Positions 37,066 through 48,122 of a DNA stretch of 64,000 nt are shown one piece after another. The first letter of the stretch is position 1. The number at the start of each line of letters is the position of its first letter. The notes beneath the pieces were generated by a model. It made no database searches and had not been told where the DNA came from. It worked only from the letters and a program-made list of their open reading frames with translations. Made by a program: the position numbers and the translations under genes. Source of the stretch: Camelus ferus (lineage: Eukaryota); contig NC_045697.1 of NCBI RefSeq assembly GCF_009834535.1, positions 7,318,001 to 7,382,000 of the forward strand, given 5' to 3'.

Positions 37066-38694
37066 ATGTGTTGCTTTGCAAACTCAACCAAAAGCTCAGT
37101 TCTGGCTGCCCAGCCGTTTTTGAGAAGTAATATGAGGGGACAGAGAGGCCAATAGCTTGAAATCATAGAGGAAAAACCTGAGTTTGAACCCTAGCTCTGC
37201 GCATAAAGAGCCATGTAACCCTGGGGAAATTATATAAAGTTCCTGAACCTCAGTGACAAATAACAATAGTTATATCTTCATGCAATTTGAAGACTTCAAG
37301 GAAATACTGAATGTAAAATGCCTGGCTCTTTCTTTGATAACGTTACTAGCCTTCCTTCTATGTGAAGGCTGGGATCGAGAAGCATCTGCCCCAGAATCTG
37401 CCTAGATTTTTTCAGCAGTTCTCATTTCCAACCGGAAAAGCCTTCTTTCCTTCAGGCAATCAATGTACAGAATAGCCCCACTCTTCCCATGACACGTCAT
37501 CCCATCCCCTCCTGAAAAGGAAGTATTTTTAGCTTTTCTTCACAAGCAGAAAAGCCACCTCAAATTACTTTAGTGGCATTCGTACAATACCAATGCTGCA
37601 GCCTGACCCAGATTCCCCACTCTGGCGTGAGGAAAGGAACCTCAATGCTTCGCTTCATGGTGCTAAGGATGGAAAAGGATGTTTCAGATGTTCTTGAATC
37701 AAAATACTGAATTAAGAGCTAAAGGCAAAGGAGTGAAAAAGGATGGGGTATAGTTAAAGAAATGTTTAGGTACATAAACAAGAGATGGAAATCTGAATAG
37801 CTCATTGAAACAAACAAGAGGACAAAAGCATTTAAGGAGGCACAGTGTGGAATCGGATAATTTGAGGCAGCTGGCTGATGATGGGAACAGTATGAAGTGC
37901 TTTAGGGGAGAGATTTCCACTGTCTTGCTCACATCTGTATGCCCCGGCATCTAGGAAAGTGTACCCAGAGTGTAATATCCTCTACAGAGTTAATGGCTGA
38001 GTGAGCAAAATAGTGAATTGTCTGAGGGATACCATCTTGAGATATTTTTGGAGGGACAACAATGTAAAAAAATGGGCCAGGAATAGGTCTACAGCCTGCA
38101 GAAGAAGCCAGTATCCACTCCTACTTTTTTGCCATACCGACCCTTGCCCTCCTACGCAACAGCAAACTGGTCTTCTTTTCAGTCCTTATACAAATGTGAC
38201 ATTTTGTTAACTCTGCCCCCATGCACCTTGTGTTTCCATTGTTGGAGGATTTTCTTCCTTTAGATTATCTAAGTCTCTTCAACAAATGTGGTATCTCTGT
38301 CTTATAACCCCTCCAATATTTCATGACTCCAGAATGCCTTTGAGTAGTCGCTCATCCTGGACACACACATACACACAAACACACACAAATCTGGTCTAGA
38401 ACGGTCCTCCCATAATTCTCTAGTTGATGAACGTCTCATCCACCATCATTTTGAGAAAGCTAGTGTTTCTTCCATTAACTCATCACAGAATTAATCTGGT
38501 CTGACCTTGTACCCTTATGATTTTTTATGTACATTTCCATTATTAGCACTTACTACCTTGCTCTGTCTTTCTTTTTGTTTTTCAATAATTTCAGTGAGGA
38601 TCATGCACGTGTGTACGTGTACCACAAATGTAAAATGCGATCTAGAGATGCAACATTTATCTTTAGGTCTGAGAAATGAATCATGTCAAGGAAG

Positions 38695-40485
38695 ATCCAA
38701 ATAAAGGGAGAGACGGTCCATATATACATGGACTGGAAGACTCAATATTGTCAAAATGTCCATTTTTCCCAACTTGATCCATAGATTTCACAAAATCCCA
38801 ATTAAAAAAAAAAAGCAAGTTACTTTGTAGATATCAATAATTCGATTTTAAAGTTTATATGGAGAGACAAAAGACCTAGAATAACCAGCACTGTATTGAA
38901 GAACAAAGTCATGAAACTGGTATCACCAACTTCAAGACTCCCTGTAAAGCTACAGTAATCAAGGCAGTGTGATACTGGCAAAAACAGACAAATAAATCAA
39001 TGGAAATAGAAAGCCCTAAAATAGACCCAAACAAGTGTAGTCAATTGACCATTGACAAAGAAGCAAAGACTATTTAAGAGAGAAAAGATAGTCTTTTCAA
39101 CAAATGGCAGTGGAACAACTGGACGTCCGAAAAATGAATCTAGACACAGACTTCACACTCTTCACAAAAATTAATTCAAAGTTGGTCATAGACTCAAATT
39201 TAAAAGGTGAAACTGTAAAGCTCCCAGGAGATAACATAAGAGAAAATACAGATGGACTTGGGTTTGTGGATGATATTTTAGATACAATACCAAAAACATG
39301 ATCCATACATTTGATTTTATTAAAATTAAAAACCTCTATTCTGCCAAAGACACTGCTAAGAGAATAAAAACAGTCTACAAATTGGAGAAAAAGATCTTTG
39401 AAACTCTTTGAAACACATATGTTATAAAGGACTGATATACAAACTATACAAAAAAAAAAAAAACTCTTAGAACACAACAATAAGAAAACGGACAATCCAT
39501 TACAAATAGGAAAAAAGATCTGGCCAGCTTATAAAAGAAGATACATAGATGAAATAAGCACACGAAAATATGTTCAACATTAAATGTCCTCAGGAAATTG
39601 CAAATTAAAACAACAGTAACACACCTATCAGGATGGCTAACAACCAAAATACTGACAGCATCAAATGCTGGCAAGGATTCAGGGTAAGAGGAACTCTCAT
39701 CCACTGTTGGTGAGAAAGAAAAATGGCACAGCCACTTTGGAAGACAGTTTGGCGATTTATTACAAAACTAAGTGTAGTTTTACTGTGGAATTCAGCAATT
39801 GTGCTTTACGCTACTTACTCAAATGAACTGAAAATTTATGTCCACACAAAAGCCTGCATACAAACATTTAGAGTGGCTCAATTCGTAATTGCCAAAACTT
39901 GGAGGCAGCTAAGATGTTGTTAAATAGGTGAATAGATAAACTGTGGTACATCCATACCAATGGATATTATTCAAAGATAAAAAGAGATAAGCTATCAAGT
40001 CATGAAAAGACATGGAGGAAGCTCCAGTGCCCATTGCTAAGTGACAGTAGCCAATCCAGCAAAGCGCCCTCCATGCTATACGATTTCAAGTATATGACGT
40101 TCTGGAAAAGACAAAACTATAAAGACGGTCAAAAGTGGTGACTAGGGCCTGGGAAAAGGGAAGGTAAGACAGATAAACAGGTGGAACACGGTCAGGGGGT
40201 GGGGTTTGGGGCAGTGAGACTATTCTATATGACAGTACGCTGGTAAATATATGTCACTGTGTATTTATCAAGACCCATAGAATGTACAACACCGTTAACC
40301 CTAATGTAGACAATAGACCTGAGTTAATACTAACTTTTCAGTATTAGCTCATCAATTGTAGCAAATGTTCCAAGCTATCGCAAAAAAAAACTCTGTTTGG
40401 GGGCAATAGTGGTAAGGGGATATATGAGAAATCCCTGTACTTTCCATTTGATTGTTCTATAAATCTAAAACTGCTCTAAGAAAAT
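38695..40485 (+). mobile_element. Old L1MC-like element: decayed 3' part of ORF2 plus 3'UTR
   Basis: ORF2 remnants WTGRLNIVKMSIF (~38728) and AQPLWKTVWRF (39723 ORF) with many frameshifts; 3' end CCCTGTACTTTCC...AAATCTAAAACTGCTCTAA. Confidence 0.92.
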
Positions 40486-42733
40486 TAATTAGGTCAAAAA
40501 TACTACCAAATAATTCACAATAAATAAATAAATACATTAAGTGGATCATGTCTTTATGGCGTGAAGTTTGAATAAACTGGTCTTTGGAGAATTTGTACCG
40601 TATACTTAGTAATTCCTACATGTCTAAGAAAGCAAAAAAATAAAAAAACTTATGAAATACCACTACCCAGACATAAACACTATTCATTTCTGACATTTAA
40701 TTAGCTATGATCTTGTCTTACTGGGGTGTAGATACCCTGAAACCAGGGGCAGTGTTTCTCCTAAAATCCATTTCAGAGTATGCAGTAAGTAGTCTCTACC
40801 AAACATTCTTTTATGAATCAATTCATTCATCAATGGTCCTTGGCGACCTTGGGGTCCCTCCGTCTAGGCATGCTTCTGCACTCTTGGCTCCTCCTTCTTC
40901 TCAGTCCCACATTTATGCTTAGTATCAACTGGGTAAAAGGAAATCTTTGCATAAGCAGAAAGCTTTGTGATTGCCTCAGAACGGCTGCAAGAAGTGGGAA
41001 AAAAAAGAAGCAGAAGTAACAAGTAGGTTCTGACCCAGCCCTCTCCCCTTCTGTCTCCGACTGCTGGCCAGACAGCGGTCTCCTCCGGGCCCTGCTCTCC
41101 TCCTCCATGAAATGGTTCGTTATTTAGGCAGACACATCATCCTGCTCCCAGCACATTAGCTAATTCTTAATTCTTTATCTCTGCATCATTCTTTTAGCTG
41201 ACTCAAGAGCTCTAAATCTTGCACCTGGACTCTTGCCAAACCAGTTAAATAGGTTTATTTTGATTCTGCATTTCAATTTAAGCTGTTCTTTCTGACCGAA
41301 CAAGCCCCAGAGTTGAAGGCTTGCTATTTATAAACAACGTGACTGTCTCCTTATTTTTTTCCAAGACTATTTTTAGCTTTAGCAAAATCACCAAGATTTT
41401 GTCTTTTAAAATAAATCCACGCGGCAGAGATTTTTTGACTAAAAGGGGGGATGCAGAATCGCTTCCTAAAGAATAAAACTGCACTTGAAATGTTCCCTTA
41501 AGTAGTTTAAAGAAACTTAGGTAACTAGGTTATCTACTATGATGTTACAGCTGAAGAGGACTTTAGAAATGATCTGGTCCGCCTCCTCTATTAAGGATGT
41601 GAAAATTGAGTACCAGAAAGAAGCGACATTCAAGGTCACACAGCTATCAGAACTGGGATTAACAGCAAAGGGCCACAGTCTGTTTCACCAGGAAAAAAAA
41701 TAAAATAAAAGTAAACATTGAGTGAATATACGTACACGTGAGATACTATTGACAATTCATGGGTAAAGGCATAAATTCCACTATTCTCCTGGTCCCTTAG
41801 GGGGCAGTTTCTTAAAATTAAATCTTCTGAATGGGCCTCATTTTCCTAAGGGTCTAGCTTCAAAGTTGATATAAATTGGAATACATCTAAGCATGGTGTT
41901 TCTTTGAAATTTTGTTTCCATGTGGGTAGAGAGGTCATAACGTCAGGGTTCTAGGCATATCAGGTTTTCTGTCATTGCAGACATTCTCTGTTCTTGTAAG
42001 TGAATGCTGGGTTCAGGTTGCTCCTTGTTCTGTGGGAAGGTGTAGACCAGTCTGGACGGAGACACTGCCACAAATACACTCTCTCAGGCTGCCTCCCTCT
42101 CTGTATTTATTTATTTATTTTCTTCTCTGCACAGCAAAACTTTTTTTTACCATAATTTGAATGGTGAGTTCTAAGACACAGGTTTGAGTTTAGGGGGAAG
42201 AAAGCCACTCCAGTTTTAAACTAGAAAGAACGAGGTGCCCATTCAAACTCACTCTAATCAAAGCTGCTTGAGACAAAGACCCAGCACTTTACTATTAGTA
42301 AAGTGTTTCCCTGCCTTTGACTTGCCTTTGTGGTCTCCCTGCTGACCTCGCAGGGAGTAGAACTGACTGACCAAGGGGGGACATGAGCATCCCTGTGTCC
42401 CCTGGACTAACACCTGCTACCATCTTAGCGTCACCCCAGCCTCACACTGCATCTTATTAAACTCCTAACTTAATAAAGAGCATCCATAATGTGCCAGATA
42501 CTGCTGAGGTCCCATGTGTACCTCATTTCCAGTCTTCAACCACACTGCAAGACAATACAATCTGGGGCTGAACAGTGAATCCTAGATCTCTACAGTGCCA
42601 AGTCTTCTTACCTCCTAACATTAATGGTCGGGGACAAAGGCTGGCTCTGAACAAAACGATACATAGTATTCATCATTCAACTAACACCACCAAAGGCAGC
42701 CCCAACCACACATCTTAAAGATGACAAGATGCA

Positions 42734-42883
42734 CAGTTGGCCCTCCGTGTCTGCAGCCGGGGAGCCCACAGACACGGAGTGCTGACTGTGCTAGCCATTT
42801 TATATTAGGGGCTTGAGCCTCTGTGGATTTTGGCATCTGCAGGGATCCTGGAAACTTATCCCATGAATATCAAGGAATGAGTG
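42734..42883 (-). mobile_element. MER2-family Tigger MITE
   Basis: CAGTTGGCCCTCCG...GCCATTTTATATTAGGGGCTTGAGC...GGATTTTGG...TCCTGGAA. Contains an internal inverted repeat (42734-42753 vs ~42768-42788); TA at the right flank. Confidence 0.8.
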
Positions 42884-43629
42884 TATTTTACAGCCGGGGA
42901 AATTGGGACTCATGGAAGTTATATTTGGTGCTCACTTTCCAGCATTTCAGTTGTAACATAATGGAGTCTAACTCAGGGATTGCATTTTCATATATAACTC
43001 TTCCCAGAACAGCAAGAGTCTATCTTTGGCTTGAGAAATGATTGATGCTCCCTTTGAGAAAATGCTTTTTAAAGATACACACATTTGTCATGGGTGTGCC
43101 TGAAGTTCTGGGAAGGCACTACAAATGGAGGAATCCAGTGGAGCCACGAAGCGCCAGCTCGGGGGTAACGAGGAAGTTATTAAGAATCTCCATCCTGGCC
43201 TTGTCATGGCTGAAAATAAACAGCAGCTCTCCTTAGAGACTCCTGGAAAAAAAAAAATCAAAAGGAGGGCCTGTGAGTAAGGTGTCATGGATTCCAGAGC
43301 TTTTCAACCAGATGGGAAGTTCATGAACAGGGCAAACAGGGAAAACCTTGTGGCTGCCAAGGCGTGTGACTGAGGAAACACCAGCTACCGCGAACAGGAG
43401 CGATGCCCCGAAAGTCAGTTACTTCAAAGGCAGAGGAGTCCATTCTGTTTGTTCTGCCAAGAGCACCAACACTGTCCTTTCCACGTTGTGAAAATATATT
43501 TATTAACTGAAGGACCCAGGTACAAAGCCACCTGTGAAAGCTTTATTCGTTCTCTGGTCACTCTCTCGCATACCTTTACATGGTACTATTCTGTATTATA
43601 AGCGAGATAATTAACTCATCATGCTCTGC

Positions 43630-44045
43630 CTGCATTCACTTGGGTTCTGTCAGGGAAGCAGGCCCACCACGAGTAATAGGAAAAAGGACATAACACAGGG
43701 GTCAAGCCATAGATAATTGTGGGAGGTGGCAATGAGGTCTAAGGAAGACAGCTGCCTCAACACCTGGCAGTAAGACGGAAAGTCGCTGAGGTCGGCAAGG
43801 CCAGCAGTCAAGAAAAAAGCTGGACGTAAAATTAAAACTAGCTAGATAAGCGGAAAGCTGTAAAGAAAACCGGAATCCATAAAAATGAATGGGAATCTAC
43901 ATCAGTCACTGCCTCCAATTTCAACAATGTGGGTGACCTGCAGAGAAACCGCGGTCCTTTGTCACAAGGCTGGAGGCTCACCTGGTTTAAGGCTTGAAAA
44001 AGCTGAAAGTAGAAATCCAGCAGGAGGTGGAGGAGCTGCAATTTT
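43630..44045 (-). mobile_element. Ancient LTR (family uncertain, LTR78/79-like)
   Basis: TTGGGTTCTGTCAGGGAAGCAG...AATTGTGGGAGG...GGCCAGCAGTCAAGAA...GCAGGAGGTGGAGGAGCTG resembles old ERV LTRs. Confidence 0.45.
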
Positions 44046-44439
44046 AGCAGAAAATTAAGCTGCTAGTTTTGTCCCCTGCTAGCAATTAAGTTAGCATATC
44101 GCAAATGCTGCAGTGGTTTGTGTCATCTTAAACCAACATTTGGAAACTAATAATGGTGATTTCACTTCTACATTCCAAGCCATGCTTATTTTTTTTTTTT
44201 TTCTTGTGTTAAACTTTAATCTGGTTCATACGGAGAGGAGAATTCTGGAAAGACCCAGCTTAATTAAGTCAATACAGGGTAATGCCGACCCAGACTGTGA
44301 TCTCCCCAACAAAATGCAGCACGGCATATTCATTTTCGTAAGGACTTAAAGTGCATAACCTCGTGTCTAGAAAATAGCAGGAACTTGCAAAAGTTAAAAG
44401 AAACAAAAACAAGCAGTCCGCAAATTCTTTGAAGGGGGA

Positions 44440-44946
44440 GCTGTGCGCCTTCTGTGACAGTTTCTAGGCTCTGAGCCTCAGGAAAAGGCACCTTCCTCTT
44501 CCTGCTTCTTGGGACACTTGCTGTTAGAACTCAGCCATGCCAGAAGGAAGCCCAAGCCGCACGGCGAGGCTGTGACCCAGCTATCCGCTCCAGCTGAAGT
44601 CCCAGCTGCCAGGCTACGTCAGCCACGGGGCGTGTGAGTGTGGCGGTCTTTGCAAGGACCTGAAATACAGATACCATCCGACTACAGCCATCTGAGAGAT
44701 GCCCAGTAAGAACTTCCCAGTCAATGTGGAGAGTCCTGCATAGTGTGTACATAGCTGAGTACAGTCCACATACAGAGCTCTGAGAGCTAAGAAAAACATG
44801 GTCATCTTTTTTAAGCCACAGATTTTGTTACGAATATATATATATTTACAGTACTATTGGAGGGGATATGACAGCTTCATCTCTTGGGGCAGCTCTATAG
44901 ACAAAGTTGCTGCCCTAGAAAAGCAAATAAATATACATTTTAAATA
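44440..44946 (+). mobile_element. MLT1H-like 5' LTR of a MaLR provirus
   Basis: TCTTGGGACACTTGCTGTTAGAACTCAGCCATGCC...GGAAGCCCAAGC...CCAGCTGAAGTCCCAGC...TTTTAAGCCAC; followed directly by MLT1-int. Confidence 0.7.
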
Positions 44947-45533
44947 GATTTTAGTATCAGAAGTGCAGCGATGCTCTAATTTTTAAAGTGTGGTGGTTAG
45001 TCTTGGGACTAAGCAGTGAGAAGAAGCTAGAAGGACCTTGAGGAGACTTCTAGTAAAAGCCTCAAATATCTCAAGATGTCTTCTGTAAGGGCTTAGAAAA
45101 AAAGTAAGAGTAATGTTTTTAGAAGCTGGAGGAAAGAGAACTCGTGTAGCGGCGGAAAATCTGATAACACCAGCACTTGTGGCAATATATTCATTAAGAA
45201 ACGTAATGGATGATCTCAAAAGATTTTCAGCCAGTGTGTTGGTAAAATGTGAGGAGAGAAATGAGCCAAAAAACAAACAGTTAAATATGAAGAAGTAGGG
45301 CTTGCTGCTTTTCAAATTCAAGCTGTCTCTCACTCCCAGCCTCTCCAGACAGCAAGTGAGTCTAAAATTAAGAATGGCTTTGGACAAAGACCAAATACAG
45401 GGTGGGTAGGTTCTATGACCTGAGAACCATCTAAGCAGTGTCTCATAAAAATCTTCAAACAAACAAGATCTCATCTAAGGATTTTAAGGTAGCACCTTGA
45501 AGATTCTTTCCATTCAAGTCAGACTTCAGATCA
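44947..45533 (+). mobile_element. MLT1-int (MaLR internal sequence), 5' portion
   Basis: Starts GATTTTAGTATCAGAAGTG (MaLR PBS-like region); contains CAGCCTCTCCAGAC...CTAAAATTAAGAATGGCTTTGGACAAAGACCAAAT. Confidence 0.75.
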
Positions 45534-46219
45534 TCTCAAACTCTTCCAGATGATTGAAAAGGAGGAAATACTCCCAAACTCATTCTATGAAGCCACCATC
45601 ACCCTGATACCAAAACCAGGCAAAGACACTACAAAAAAGAGAATTATAGGCCAATATAACTCATGAACATAGACGCCAAAATCTTCACCAAAATATTAGC
45701 AAATAGAATCCAGCAACACATTAAAAAGATTATACATCATGACCAAGTGGGGTTCATCCCAGGGACACAAGAGTGGTTCAACATACGCAAATCAATCAAT
45801 GTAATACATCACATCAACAAGAGAAAGGACAAAAACCACATGATCATCTCAATCGATGCAGAAAAAGCATTTGATAAAATTCAACACCCATTTATGATAA
45901 AAACTCTCGCCAAAGTGGGTATAGAGGGAACATATCTCAACATCATAAAAGCTATATATGACATACCTACAGCCAGCATAGCACTCAATGGTGAAAAACT
46001 CAAAAGCTTCCCACTAAAATCTGGGACAAGACAAGGATGCCCACTATCACCACTCCTATTCAACATAGTCTTGGAAGTCCTGGCCACAGCAATCAGGCAA
46101 GAGACAGAAATAAAAGGGATCCAAATTGGAAAAGAAGAGGCAAAAGTGTCACTATATGCTGACGACATGTTACTATATATAGAAAACCCTAAAAGGCCCA
46201 CACAAAAACTACTAGAGCT
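45534..46219 (+). mobile_element. Internal fragment of young LINE-1 ORF2 reverse-transcriptase domain (truncated at both ends, non-functional)
   Basis: Translates [34 protein letters not shown], then a 1-nt frameshift and a TAA stop, then the open [34 protein letters not shown]...[21 protein letters not shown]...[15 protein letters not shown]...KLLEL including the catalytic YADD. No 3'UTR, A tail or TSD. Confidence 0.97.
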
Positions 46220-46750
46220 TGGGAGTGAGTGAATGAATGTATTTTGAATTTTGAAGTAAGGTCCATAATGGAGGTTGGATAACAGACTGTGGTGGTTTTA
46301 AATAAAGACTCTGACGTATTTGACTGAACAGGGTTCCGTGGCAGCTGTTGGAACAGAGGTCAGCAAAAGGCACCCTCGGCCAGTTTTCAGGCCCAGGCTC
46401 TACGTGGTCACGTCAGCTTCCTGCTCTGGGGCTTGTCGCTCCTGGAACTCATGCAGCGTGCTGCAAGGAAGCCCAGGGTACACAGCAAGGCCAAGGGCAG
46501 GTGCCCCAGCAGACAGTCCCAGCTCTGACTCCAACCATCGGCCAGCACCCACCACCAGCCACGTGAGTGAGGAAGCCTTTGGTACAACTCCTGTCCTGCC
46601 CACTGTCTAGCTGCAGCCACGTGAGAGGCCAGAACCACTCAGCTGAGCCTCGTCAAATCCTAGAATTATGAATAATTAAAGAAAGATAACTGCTGTTTTA
46701 AGCTTTAAGTTTTGGGGATATTTATTATACAACAGTAGACAGTTGGAACA
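46220..46750 (+). mobile_element. MLT1-int 3' tip (46220-46287) plus MLT1H-like 3' LTR (46288-46750)
   Basis: GGGAGTGAGTGAATGAATGTATTTTG...CAGAC (int end), then TGTGGTGG...GGAAGCCCAG...CAGCCACGTGAGTGAG...AAGTTTTGGGGATATTTATTATACAACAGTAGACAGTTGGAACA. Confidence 0.8.
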
Positions 46751-47255
46751 CTATTTTGTAATGATTTATAAAAGAATAAAAGAATTAACAATAAACCCAG
46801 GAAGGTTTTACCTGTAACTTTCCATTTCAGTCTTCTTTCTTCTGCATCGCTGAGAAATAGTGCCCCAAATGAAATAAAGCACTGATTTAAGAAACTTCAT
46901 CTGTCATTATCTCCAGAGAAATACAGACTGGCCCTCCTCTCTCAGGGTTGATGATGTAATTTGGATGAAGAAGGAAAGAATGTGAGTGAATATCTGGATT
47001 AACCATTAGGTTTATACAGACATCAATAACTTACATTGCTCCATTTCTTTCTTTTTGGTTTAAAGCAAAGCAAGACAGTGAATGGCTAGGATATGCCTCC
47101 CTTTTCCCAGGATGCAGCACTTAAAATACAGCTCCTCCCTTGAGAACTCAATCCTCTAGCGAGGGGTCGAGATTAACAAACACGAAACGGGTTCATACAG
47201 CACCATTTACAGAAAGATGAATTGAACTCAGAGTTAGGAAACTTTCGTCCTAGAT

Positions 47256-47485
47256 CATGGATTGGCATTTTTTTGTTGTTGTTCATAATAAGTCAGATAG
47301 TTAATAATTTAGGCTTTGCAGGCCGTTTAGTCTCTGTTGCAACTACTCAGCTCTGCTATTATAGCATGAAAGCAGCCACTGATGGCATGTGAACGAGTGA
47401 GTGGACTGTGTTCCTTGGAAACTTTATGAGCAAAAGCAAGGGGCCAACTGGGTTGAGTCTGCAGGTTGCCATTTGCAGACTCCTG
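47256..47485. mobile_element. MER58A hAT-Charlie MITE inserted in a MIR
   Basis: TTTAGGCTTTGCAGGCC...TCTCTGTTGCAACTACTCAGCTCTGC...GAAAGCAGCCA. Degenerate 8-bp hAT TSD TCCTAGAT (47248-47255) / TTCTAGAC (47486-47493); MIR pieces on both sides. Confidence 0.88.
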
Positions 47486-47809
47486 TTCTAGACCTTGCCT
47501 TGCCATTGGTTATTTCAGGGGCCAAGGATAAGTCATTTCCCTTATCTATAAAATGCAGATGAGAGTAGCAGACCCCTGACATTACCAGAAAGAGAAGATG
47601 CTAAAGGAAGGCCTGTGGACTTTCTCTGAAATCTCTGTTGTGCTACAGGGATGTTTAGTTAGCTGTCATTATTATGTTTTTCCCCCAAGTCTCCTGGCTC
47701 TGTTCTCTTAGCCATCTTGTGGACCTTTCTTGGGAAATTGCGGTCGTTCCTTTTCACATTGGGCTGGAGAGAAGTTTGTTGCGTCCATCTCAGGCCCTTG
47801 TGGCCTTGA

Positions 47810-48122
47810 TATCCAAGAAGTCATCTTCACTCCGTGGCTCATAATACGATGTTTCGTAAATGGTCCTTCCCTGAAACTGCTATCTAAATTAGCTGTCACT
47901 GCTCTCTCCAATAGACACTGCTTCATTTTCTTCATGATACTTATCACAATCTGAAATCATCTCGTTCTTTTATATCTTTGCCTCCTAATTATCTGTCAGC
48001 CCCAATAGGATGACAATTCATTTTCTGATTTGTTTAATGGTATCTCTTCAGCACTTAGGGACACACTTGCCATGTATCATGGATTCAACACACGTTTGTT
48101 GGATGAATTGAATGAATGAAAT
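47810..48122 (+). mobile_element. L2 LINE 3' fragment
   Basis: TTTTCTTCATGATACTTATCACAATCTGAAAT...TTTGTTGGATGAATTGAATGAATGAA. Confidence 0.8.

Noticed and set aside
45663..46232. 189-aa ORF with a YADD reverse-transcriptase motif as a functional or novel RT gene (retron/DGR-like system)
   Set aside because: It is plainly LINE-1 ORF2. It lacks the endonuclease and the downstream RT/C-terminal regions, has a frameshift and stop just upstream, and terminates in flanking MLT1 sequence.
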